Shown: positions 25,201 to 37,619 of the stretch, one piece after another
Layout: every line of letters starts with the position of its first letter
How positions within the stretch are numbered: position 1 is the first letter of the stretch
NCBI GenBank assembly: GCA_030704615.1
Contig: CM060731.1
Span: forward strand, 34,224,001 to 34,288,000
Length of the DNA: 64,000 nt
Direction: 5' to 3'
Source of the DNA: Takakia lepidozioides
Lineage: Eukaryota > Plantae > Bryophyta
Position numbers and translations under genes: made by a program
The notes under the pieces: generated by a model
Database searches by the model: none
The model's input: only the letters and a program-made list of their open reading frames with translations
Told to the model about the DNA's origin: nothing

Positions 25201-28200
25201 TGTCGTGCGCATACATATCGCTACACAACTACATCGCTGTCCAAAACCACACAACACATGTGCACACCACACACTAGTATATCACTAGTCCACCACTAGT
25301 GCAGCCACTAGTCCAACCACTAGGCTACAACTAGTCAGTCACTCACTAGGCTGCCACTATGCTGCCTACTATGGTAGTCACTAGTCCAAACAATGATAAA
25401 GAAGAAGAATACAAGCACGAGCTCACAAATCTGAAGCATAAACTCATGCATATATAACCTCATCACTCAATACAAGTCAAGCCAAGTGCACCCCACGCCA
25501 TGGGGAATCCACACTACGGCGCCATAGCTAGGCGCGGTGAGGCTCAACTCGAGAAAGATGAGCCTCCCGCACTTGCCGTGAAGATAACCACTCCAGGGCC
25601 TAAATCTGCCTTGACCCCTGGATTGACACTTGGGCCAATCCCAAATGTCAATATGTAAAAGCTAGCTATTTTCTAGCTAGTTTCACACTAGTGGTAAAAT
25701 AACTTGACAGTTGTCGTGCGCATACATATCGCTACACAACTACATCGCTGTCCAAAACCACACAACACATGTGCACACCACACACTAGTATATCACTAGT
25801 CCACCACTAGTGCAGCCACTAGTCCAACCACTAGGCTACAACTAGTCAGTCACTCACTAGGCTGCCACTATGCTGCCTACTATGGTAGTCACTAGTCCAA
25901 ACAATGATAAAGAAGAAGAATACAAGCACGAGCTCACAAATCTGAAGCATAAACTCATGCATATATAACCTCATCACTCAATACAAGTCAAGCCAAGTGC
26001 ACCCCACGCCATGGGGAATCCACACTACGGCGCCATAGCTAGGCGCGGTGAGGCTCAACTCGAGAAAGATGAGCCTCCCGCACTTGCCGTGAAGATAACC
26101 ACTCCAGGGCCTAAATCTGCCTTGACCCCTGGATTGACACTTGGGCCAATCCCAAATGTCAATATGTAAAAGCTAGCTATTTTCTAGCTAGTTTCACACT
26201 AGTGGTAAAATAACTTGACAGTTGTCGTGCGCATACATATCGCTACACAACTACATCGCTGTCCAAAACCACACAACACATGTGCACACCACACACTAGT
26301 ATATCACTAGTCCACCACTAGTGCAGCCACTAGTCCAACCACTAGGCTACAACTAGTCAGTCACTCACTAGGCTGCCACTATGCTGCCTACTATGGTAGT
26401 CACTAGTCCAAACAATGATAAAGAAGAAGAATACAAGCACGAGCTCACAAATCTGAAGCATAAACTCATGCATATATAACCTCATCACTCAATACAAGTC
26501 AAGCCAAGTGCACCCCACGCCATGGGGAATCCACACTACGGCGCCATAGCTAGGCGCGGTGAGGCTCAACTCGAGAAAGATGAGCCTCCCGCACTTGCCG
26601 TGAAGATAACCACTCCAGGGCCTAAATCTGCCTTGACCCCTGGATTGACACTTGGGCCAATCCCAAATGTCAATATGTAAAAGCTAGCTATTTTCTAGCT
26701 AGTTTCACACTAGTGGTAAAATAACTTGACAGTTGTCGTGCGCATACATATCGCTACACAACTACATCGCTGTCCAAAACCACACAACACATGTGCACAC
26801 CACACACTAGTATATCACTAGTCCACCACTAGTGCAGCCACTAGTCCAACCACTAGGCTACAACTAGTCAGTCACTCACTAGGCTGCCACTATGCTGCCT
26901 ACTATGGTAGTCACTAGTCCAAACAATGATAAAGAAGAAGAATACAAGCACGAGCTCACAAATCTGAAGCATAAACTCATGCATATATAACCTCATCACT
27001 CAATACAAGTCAAGCCAAGTGCACCCCACGCCATGGGGAATCCACACTACGGCGCCATAGCTAGGCGCGGTGAGGCTCAACTCGAGAAAGATGAGCCTCC
27101 CGCACTTGCCGTGAAGATAACCACTCCAGGGCCTAAATCTGCCTTGACCCCTGGATTGACACTTGGGCCAATCCCAAATGTCAATATGTAAAAGCTAGCT
27201 ATTTTCTAGCTAGTTTCACACTAGTGGTAAAATAACTTGACAGTTGTCGTGCGCATACATATCGCTACACAACTACATCGCTGTCCAAAACCACACAACA
27301 CATGTGCACACCACACACTAGTATATCACTAGTCCACCACTAGTGCAGCCACTAGTCCAACCACTAGGCTACAACTAGTCAGTCACTCACTAGGCTGCCA
27401 CTATGCTGCCTACTATGGTAGTCACTAGTCCAAACAATGATAAAGAAGAAGAATACAAGCACGAGCTCACAAATCTGAAGCATAAACTCATGCATATATA
27501 ACCTCATCACTCAATACAAGTCAAGCCAAGTGCACCCCACGCCATGGGGAATCCACACTACGGCGCCATAGCTAGGCGCGGTGAGGCTCAACTCGAGAAA
27601 GATGAGCCTCCCGCACTTGCCGTGAAGATAACCACTCCAGGGCCTAAATCTGCCTTGACCCCTGGATTGACACTTGGGCCAATCCCAAATGTCAATATGT
27701 AAAAGCTAGCTATTTTCTAGCTAGTTTCACACTAGTGGTAAAATAACTTGACAGTTGTCGTGCGCATACATATCGCTACACAACTACATCGCTGTCCAAA
27801 ACCACACAACACATGTGCACACCACACACTAGTATATCACTAGTCCACCACTAGTGCAGCCACTAGTCCAACCACTAGGCTACAACTAGTCAGTCACTCA
27901 CTAGGCTGCCACTATGCTGCCTACTATGGTAGTCACTAGTCCAAACAATGATAAAGAAGAAGAATACAAGCACGAGCTCACAAATCTGAAGCATAAACTC
28001 ATGCATATATAACCTCATCACTCAATACAAGTCAAGCCAAGTGCACCCCACGCCATGGGGAATCCACACTACGGCGCCATAGCTAGGCGCGGTGAGGCTC
28101 AACTCGAGAAAGATGAGCCTCCCGCACTTGCCGTGAAGATAACCACTCCAGGGCCTAAATCTGCCTTGACCCCTGGATTGACACTTGGGCCAATCCCAAA

Positions 28201-31018
28201 TGTCAATATGTAAAAGCTAGCTATTTTCTAGCTAGTTTCACACTAGTGGTAAAATAACTTGACAGTTGTCGTGCGCATACATATCGCTACACAACTACAT
28301 CGCTGTCCAAAACCACACAACACATGTGCACACCACACACTAGTATATCACTAGTCCACCACTAGTGCAGCCACTAGTCCAACCACTAGGCTACAACTAG
28401 TCAGTCACTCACTAGGCTGCCACTATGCTGCCTACTATGGTAGTCACTAGTCCAAACAATGATAAAGAAGAAGAATACAAGCACGAGCTCACAAATCTGA
28501 AGCATAAACTCATGCATATATAACCTCATCACTCAATACAAGTCAAGCCAAGTGCACCCCACGCCATGGGGAATCCACACTACGGCGCCATAGCTAGGCG
28601 CGGTGAGGCTCAACTCGAGAAAGATGAGCCTCCCGCACTTGCCGTGAAGATAACCACTCCAGGGCCTAAATCTGCCTTGACCCCTGGATTGACACTTGGG
28701 CCAATCCCAAATGTCAATATGTAAAAGCTAGCTATTTTCTAGCTAGTTTCACACTAGTGGTAAAATAACTTGACAGTTGTCGTGCGCATACATATCGCTA
28801 CACAACTACATCGCTGTCCAAAACCACACAACACATGTGCACACCACACACTAGTATATCACTAGTCCACCACTAGTGCAGCCACTAGTCCAACCACTAG
28901 GCTACAACTAGTCAGTCACTCACTAGGCTGCCACTATGCTGCCTACTATGGTAGTCACTAGTCCAAACAATGATAAAGAAGAAGAATACAAGCACGAGCT
29001 CACAAATCTGAAGCATAAACTCATGCATATATAACCTCATCACTCAATACAAGTCAAGCCAAGTGCACCCCACGCCATGGGGAATCCACACTACGGCGCC
29101 ATAGCTAGGCGCGGTGAGGCTCAACTCGAGAAAGATGAGCCTCCCGCACTTGCCGTGAAGATAACCACTCCAGGGCCTAAATCTGCCTTGACCCCTGGAT
29201 TGACACTTGGGCCAATCCCAAATGTCAATATGTAAAAGCTAGCTATTTTCTAGCTAGTTTCACACTAGTGGTAAAATAACTTGACAGTTGTCGTGCGCAT
29301 ACATATCGCTACACAACTACATCGCTGTCCAAAACCACACAACACATGTGCACACCACACACTAGTATATCACTAGTCCACCACTAGTGCAGCCACTAGT
29401 CCAACCACTAGGCTACAACTAGTCAGTCACTCACTAGGCTGCCACTATGCTGCCTACTATGGTAGTCACTAGTCCAAACAATGATAAAGAAGAAGAATAC
29501 AAGCACGAGCTCACAAATCTGAAGCATAAACTCATGCATATATAACCTCATCACTCAATACAAGTCAAGCCAAGTGCACCCCACGCCATGGGGAATCCAC
29601 ACTACGGCGCCATAGCTAGGCGCGGTGAGGCTCAACTCGAGAAAGATGAGCCTCCCGCACTTGCCGTGAAGATAACCACTCCAGGGCCTAAATCTGCCTT
29701 GACCCCTGGATTGACACTTGGGCCAATCCCAAATGTCAATATGTAAAAGCTAGCTATTTTCTAGCTAGTTTCACACTAGTGGTAAAATAACTTGACAGTT
29801 GTCGTGCGCATACATATCGCTACACAACTACATCGCTGTCCAAAACCACACAACACATGTGCACACCACACACTAGTATATCACTAGTCCACCACTAGTG
29901 CAGCCACTAGTCCAACCACTAGGCTACAACTAGTCAGTCACTCACTAGGCTGCCACTATGCTGCCTACTATGGTAGTCACTAGTCCAAACAATGATAAAG
30001 AAGAAGAATACAAGCACGAGCTCACAAATCTGAAGCATAAACTCATGCATATATAACCTCATCACTCAATACAAGTCAAGCCAAGTGCACCCCACGCCAT
30101 GGGAATCCACACTACGGCGCCATAGCTAGGCGCGGTGAGGCTCAACTCGAGAAAGATGAGCCTCCCGCACTTGCCGTGAAGATAACCACTCCAGGGCCTA
30201 AATCTGCCTTGACCCCTGGATTGACACTTGGGCCAATCCCAAATGTCAATATGTAAAAGCTAGCTATTTTCTAGCTAGTTTCACACTAGTGGTAAAATAA
30301 CTTGACAGTTGTCGTGCGCATACATATCGCTACACAACTACATCGCTGTCCAAAACCACACAACACATGTGCACACCACACACTAGTATATCACTAGTCC
30401 ACCACTAGTGCAGCCACTAGTCCAACCACTAGGCTACAACTAGTCAGTCACTCACTAGGCTGCCACTATGCTGCCTACTATGGTAGTCACTAGTCCAAAC
30501 AATGATAAAGAAGAAGAATACAAGCACGAGCTCACAAATCTGAAGCATAAACTCATGCATATATAACCTCATCACTCAATACAAGTCAAGCCAAGTGCAC
30601 CCCACGCCATGGGGAATCCACACTACGGCGCCATAGCTAGGCGCGGTGAGGCTCAACTCGAGAAAGATGAGCCTCCCGCACTTGCCGTGAAGATAACCAC
30701 TCCAGGGCCTAAATCTGCCTTGACCCCTGGATTGACACTTGGGCCAATCCCAAATGTCAATATGTAAAAGCTAGCTATTTTCTAGCTAGTTTCACACTAG
30801 TGGTAAAATAACTTGACAGTTGTCGTGCGCATACATATCGCTACACAACTACATCGCTGTCCAAAACCACACAACACATGTGCACACCACACACTAGTAT
30901 ATCACTAGTCCACCACTAGTGCAGCCACTAGTCCAACCACTAGGCTACAACTAGTCAGTCACTAGCTGCCACTATGGCAGTCACTAGCTGCCACTATGGC
31001 AGTCACTAGTCTACACAA
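25201..31018. repeat. Tandem array of 11 x 511-bp LTR units (A 193 bp + B 316 bp + GT) plus terminal A'
   Basis: Unit starts at 25201, 25712, 26223, 26734, 27245, 27756, 28267, 28778, 29289, 29800, 30310; A' at 30821. The only difference noticed between units is a 1-bp G deletion near 30100. Confidence 0.97.
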
Positions 31019-33177
31019 TCGCCCCCCTAGCTGGTGCTTAGGTCCCTCTAAGTCCAGGTAGCCACAAGATGTCACTACAAGAGATGAGCGTTTTTAGGAC
31101 TACGGCTTTGGCGGAGTCATAAAAACTGCACTAGGTACATGACTACAGAGCGCTGAAATGCATTACAGTTTTAGTTTTATGACTTTGTAGTAATGGATAT
31201 CACTACATGACTCCGGAAAGTTAGGGAGCATTGGTCAAACATTGTTGACCATGATGACAGGGATGGTTTATATGACTAGTGTGATATGTTTGACTACACG
31301 TGGACGACGTTTCATGGAATCTTATGACTACAGACACAAGCAGCACACACAAGAGGTCATCGGTCAAATCCTCCATGGGTCAGGACAAGTCAAGGACAAT
31401 GTGGTAGGGCACCTTCTTCTTCAACCTATTTCAGCCTGTGTTGCCCTCTCATCAGACTCGGCCGCAAGATGCATATTGAATTCTGTAAGTTAAGTCGTTG
31501 GGTAGATCTGTGGTGGTTTGGAGTGACTTTGGCAAGTTACTGCCAGTGTGGCAGCAGGCAAGTATCCAAAAACATATAATAGAGGTGAGGAGAAGCTTTG
31601 GGGTGAACACTTTCCGACCCCAATGGTGGGACAATGGAGACAAAAATGCGAATGCCTGTTGGACTACAGAGAGAAGCAGATGCAATTCAGATTGTGATAA
31701 GTAGGGTTGGGGTGTTTTGGGGAAGAACTCCACACCAGTATGGTTGGGGTGTTTGCTGGTAGAATTGTAGGCTGTCAGAGGCATGGATAGCTGAAGGAGC
31801 AGGGATAGAGTGTGGGTCCAGATTCATCCAAGAGGGCTGGATTTCAAGCTCCACATTACCTATGATTCCCTGTGGAAGGATAGTTACAAGAAACCTACAT
31901 GGGTAGATGGTCAACTGGAAGCGGCATGCTGTACTATATGTCATTCCAGAGACTGTCATTGTTGGTCCATGTGTTTTACAACAATGCTATCAATATAAGA
32001 CTTCTGGTTCGCATTGGAAGCTCAATCCCTGTAAGTTCATTGTGTGTGAAGCTCAAACTTGTGATTTGAAGGATCTTGTAGCCAAGTTCATTCAACCGGA
32101 AAGGAAAAATTCTGAAAGCTCCCATATTTGATGTGGGCAAGCTTATGGAGGTAAGACTGGTTTCATATTTTCTTGGTTGGTATGCTGTTGGTTGGCTTCT
32201 TTCATTTCACGTGTGTAGTGGAAGGGGAGAAGTACTTTCCTAAGTTCTGCTGCAACATTATCTTTTTCCAGCCTAGATGTTTTCGATGGATACAAATTGA
32301 AGTGCTTTGAATGTTGCTGCAATACTATAATAAAGTGGAGGGTGCTGAATGCAGTTGGCCTTGCTTCGTGCAGGCATAATCCAGGGAAATGTGGACATAG
32401 CTGAAACCTAATGATAGCATTTCCAGAGGACGCTGTGGATGGCCTCACAATCCAGCATGCAAAATCCATGACAATGTGGAGATGGCTGAATGGGCAAACA
32501 GGTTAAGTGGTGAACAAGCCACGTCACTGGTACATAGTTGCATGCTTACATAGTAAATGAAAGCGTACTATATGTCATTCCCGAAATTGACCATGTTGGT
32601 CCATGTATTTTACAACAATGCTATCAATAAAAGACCAATGGTTCGCATTGGAAACTCTATCCCCATAAGTGGCTTGTGCGTGATGCTCAAACTTGTGATT
32701 TGAAGGATCTTATACCCCAGTTCATTGCAGAGGTGATTGGAAAAGACATTGAGAAGGCAACAGCCGTTATCTATAATCTACATATCCCCTTCAATTTGAT
32801 GTGGGAAAGCCGTCTGGCTGGAGGTCTAGTCTCACTTTCACTCATCTAATGTCAGTGTTGTATCCATTGCAATGTGGAAATGTTTGAAACAACATTGGAG
32901 CATTTCCAGAGGATGGTCTGGATGGCCTTTCGTGGCGTGTGCCGAATCCATGGCAAGAAAACATTGCAGGCAGAACCCATGGCAATGGTACCAGCACGGG
33001 TTGGTCCAAAGCCAATTGCAACAACAAATGAATAAAGGGTGCTGAAAGGAAAACACTCCATAATTGATCATAAAATCCAGTGTCCAAGCATGACATCTTA
33101 ATGGGAATGCGAAGGGAGTGTTACCACCTTAAACTATCATGCATGGTCTATACCTGGAGTGCACAAATCGCGCATAT

Positions 33178-36100
33178 CTAATCTTCATCATCCTCATCTA
33201 TGTCTGGGTCACTACATGTATCACTGTCTTCATCACAGACTTGATCTTGTCCAAGGGTTGGCTGAACATCATCACCACGTATACGGGGTGCTCGGAGGTA
33301 CAAGGAGGCCACCTGCTCTGGAGTAACCGGTACCGCTCGGCTGCATGTTGGGCCATCAGTAACCAGAGTCTCCTCTAGTCTTTGTGGGGCTAACAATCCT
33401 TCCACTTCCGCCACATCATCATTATCAATTGATATGTCGCAGACCACTCTACGTGCTCGGGGGCTCTTCTCCAGGACGACTTTCCACCCCGGCTCCTTCA
33501 CACAATCAGAAAAAAACACTTGATCAACCTGGCCAGGAAACACAAAAGGTTGCTCAGAAGGTGGAAGCATACGGTTAAAATTGACAAGTGTGAAGCCAAC
33601 ATCATCCTGCTTCATTGACATAGGTTGACGACCCACGCGACTCGCCCGTACCCACGAACACAAAAACACTAAAGGCTGTGTTTGGCCATAGTCAATTTGC
33701 AAAATCTCCCTTATAAGACCCACATATCTTGTAGGTTCCTCCATGTCATTGCCTTGTTGGTAATGGGCTGGTGCTGGAAAACAGATGAGACTCCACAATC
33801 AAAAGACACCATACTTGTTGTGTTCATGCTGGGGGATGTAACCCTGTAATGGTTACCATACACTGTCATACTCTTGAATGACAGGGCAGTAAATGATGGA
33901 GGCCTTGAAAGATCCAGTAATTCCTCACGTGTTGTAGGATCAAGCCCATCTGATTGAATTGAGAGATGATCCCGTACACCTTGAGGGAGCCAAACATCAA
34001 ATGGAGGACAAGGATGCAAATCAGGAGGGTACTGAATTGCCGTGGGATTGCTCATGCCTTCCAGCCCTTGCTCCTCACGAAACAAGCGTCGTCTGGCTTC
34101 TATCCGTGTGGACTCTGCTTCATATATCCTGTCACAATCCGAGGGTCAGCCAGGAGATTGACAGAGGTGGCGTGGGAGATTTGAAAAGACGCCATATGCC
34201 AACTAATGATAAATGACTAAAACTTGGAAATCTGAATGTCAATGAAGTAGATTTCTTACCCCAACATGACTGACAGACGAGGATGGTTCTGAATGATGTA
34301 CTCATGTACAATATCACACAGGTCATTCAATTTTCGGGCTTTAGAACTTCCTTCCACAACTTCACGTTCCACAGATTCTGCCTCATCTGCATCCCACACC
34401 CTTCGTACACTTCCATCAAATCCTGCCATATACTCTGTGCAAAAACCCAATGCTTCTTCAAATTGGTATCCTTCTGCCATGCTCCCCTCGGGCCTTGCCA
34501 TATTTCTTACGTAGCCCTTCATATCTTTCATTGCCCGCTCCATGGGGTACATCCAACGAGATGCTACGGGCCCGCATAAGTACAACTCATCCACTAGGTG
34601 AACAACCAGATGTGTCATCACATCAAAAAATGATGGTGGGAACTCCTTCTCTATAAGACACAGAGTGAGAACTGCTTCAGTTCTCAATTCCTCATACTCT
34701 ACAGGATTCACCACTTTTGCACACAACTTCTTAAATACACGACATACTCGCAAAATGGCCCTTCGAGGACCACTTGGCATGAGCCCACGGATAGCAAGCG
34801 GTATAATTTGCTGCATGAGCACATGATAGTCATGTGATTTCATGCCAGACAACTTCTTCTTCACCACATGCTTTTTGAAAGCTGATGCGTAGCCTGTTGG
34901 CACTTTCAAGTTCTGCACAATCTCCAGAAAGACTTGTAACTCAGCCTCAGTGAGGACATAAGGGGCAGGAGGCATAATTAACGTATCTGCTCTGTCAGGA
35001 TCACGTTGTAGCCACAATTCCGGGCGCATCCCAAGTAGCTCCAAATCACGGCGAACTTTCAATGTGTCTTTCTCACCAAAGATAGTTTTAATAATATTTT
35101 CAGCCAAGTTCTTCTCGAAATGCATTGCGTCAAACGTGTGGCGGATGAGGAGACCCTACAAAAATGAACACATAAGCAATTGAGCATTTACTCATCACAA
35201 TTTAAACAGAAAACGCAAAAATGTACACAGCCAATTTAAAGGCCATGAAGGAATTACCTCCCAATAAGGTAAGACATATAAAATTGACAATCGCTTAACT
35301 CCATGAGTTTTTGCTGGGTCTGTCTTGCTATCTGGCGTCCCTCCGTTTTCCACCCATGCAGTGCGAGCAGTTGCAAGGTCCTTGATTTGTCAGTAGCTCT
35401 TCCACTATGGGCATCAGGTAAACATCTACGTTGTCCGAGGTAACAGACTCCTTACCAGGAATCAGTAGTGCTAACATGACAAAGAACTTTTTGGTCATTA
35501 ACCACGGAGGCAGATTGTAATTGACCAAGAGAACGGGCCATGTGCTCCAACTTGTGGATTGAGCTCCGTAGGGATTTACACCGTCTAAGGCCAATCCAAA
35601 TCGCAGAGATCATGGCTCTGCAGCAAAATCCGCAAATGTGGTGTCAATGTGTCTCCATGCTTTGCTATCAGCTGGATGTCGAACCAACCCATCCTGGCTC
35701 TTATGTCTGTCGTGCCATGTCATGAGGTTAGCGATCGATTTACATCGGTACATACGTTTCAACCTTGGAATGACAAGGAAATGTCGCAATACTTTCTTGG
35801 GCACACTTCCACGACCTGGAATGTAACGGGAACTGCGGCACACTGGGCAAATGTCTACATTCTCATACTCCCCACGGAAGAGTACACAACCACGCTCACA
35901 GGCATGAATCATGGTGTACTGCAATCCCATCTTGGCAATCATGGTTTTTGCTTCATAGTGAGTTTTCGGCAATGAATTCTCTTTAGGCAAAAAACTCTTA
36001 CGCAACAATCCCAGAAGCTCATTCACAAATGCATTGGTGCTCTTGTGGGTAGTGCATGCGTTCAGCAACGTCAAAGTTGCTTGCAGCCGGCTGATGGAGC

Positions 36101-37014
36101 ACCCTTCAAAAAGTGGACATTGCGACTGTCGGAAGAGTTTATCATACTCGGGATCAACATGCAGGTGAGCATTCTCATCAAATTCATTGTCTCCAGAATC
36201 GTCGAGATCATCGTCATGATCGGCAAATGTGTGATCGGTTCCACCATGAATGGGGTCATCTCTGTTTGCATCTGCAAAGAGAAACGCTTCCTGCAATGCA
36301 CGTTGCATTTCTACCTCCAATCCACCACTCTCATCTACGTTCTCTGTGACATTGGGCTCCCGCTGTGCCGCAGGGCCTTCGTCTTCATCATCTGAATATT
36401 CACATCCCTGCATCCCAATAGTCATCTTGTGAGTGGACCAACAACGATGTGACACTTGTTCATATTATGACATAGGAGGCACGGTGACGTTGTAGTGATG
36501 TAGTCATATTTACGTATGTATCTTATGAATATACACCCAATCAAAACACAACATTTGTAACCATTGAAGTCATAGTTGCAGTCACTTACTTAGTCATATA
36601 TGACTACATGACTACACATGACCAATGAAAACACGATATGTGCATTAATTAAAGTGATAACGGAAGTGGCGTAGTCATAGTCACGTCTATATCTTATGAC
36701 TTCTTGACTACAATCACCCAACGAAATGTCGACATGTGGAGAAGAGGATCGTTGCATTCAAAATTCAAACTAAAGTGCTGAAGGGAAAGTGGCGATCTTA
36801 CCGGAAGAGAACAGCGTTGGAGAAGAGGATCCCTCCCGTGTATCATGTAATGATTCCTCACTGTTTCCAACAACAGTACTTTTCCTCCATGACACTCATC
36901 GCAGTTGCATAGCATTTTTGTATGCCCATTCCTTGTGGCATAAGCTTCTTCCATTCGCCATAGACGGTCATCTATTCTACGCCTACGCATCCGGTCGCCA
37001 CCTGCGCTATACAT
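33178..37014 (-). pseudogene. CACTA TnpD-like transposase (Transposase-associated, Transposase_21, DUF4218, DUF4216), disrupted
   Basis: KMLCNCDEC...VRNHYMIHG; YTMIHACERGCVLF...CPVC; HPADSKAWRHID; DGVNPYGAQSTSWSTWPV; MHFEKN; GMKSHDYHVLMQQ; RWMYPMER; EQPFVFPGQVDQVFF. Frameshift at ~35610 and internal deletion at ~35390. Confidence 0.93.
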
Positions 37015-37619
37015 GCTTTGAACGTCACCCCTTCCCTCTTTGCATGCTACGCACAGTGCATTGTCTCTAGTTTTGCACCAGCTGCCAATGTGCTATTTCT
37101 ATATCTATAGTATACTATAAGTATCGTTTCTGAGTATCCATGGTGAAGCGGAAGGTCTTCGAAGTGACAGTCCCTCTCACTGAGTACGAGAAGTTCCGAG
37201 AGCGCCGGATTGCTGCCATAAAGGAGGTGGAAGCAACGTTCAAGCAGTCGATAAATGGGTGAGTTTAGTTCCTGACTTTGGATACCCACCCACTAAACTT
37301 GCGATTCGCCTTATCCTCTAACCTTCCTACAGCGATCATAAGCTTCATAGCACAAATGGGGGCGAGTAGCTGCGACTTGTACAAACAGAGAGGCAAACAA
37401 CATGCAGTGAGTGACGATTAGGTTTGAGGAGGGTGTGTCATTAGGCGGGAGATGTCCGCCGTCATTCGTGGGCAGCCATTACGTCCTGGTAGGGTGCGGC
37501 TGTGGTTCAGCGTAGGCTTAAGAGTATTAGGGTATGTATGCTTGCATTTGTTTGTGATTGTTTGAGAGGGAGGTCATGGAGGTGTTTGTGCAGGCTTGCG
37601 GGAGCGAATCGCCCTCGCA

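Noticed and set aside
25201-31018. CRISPR-like array
   Set aside because: Whole 511-bp units are identical with no variable spacers, the unit matches the element's LTR, and there are no cas genes.
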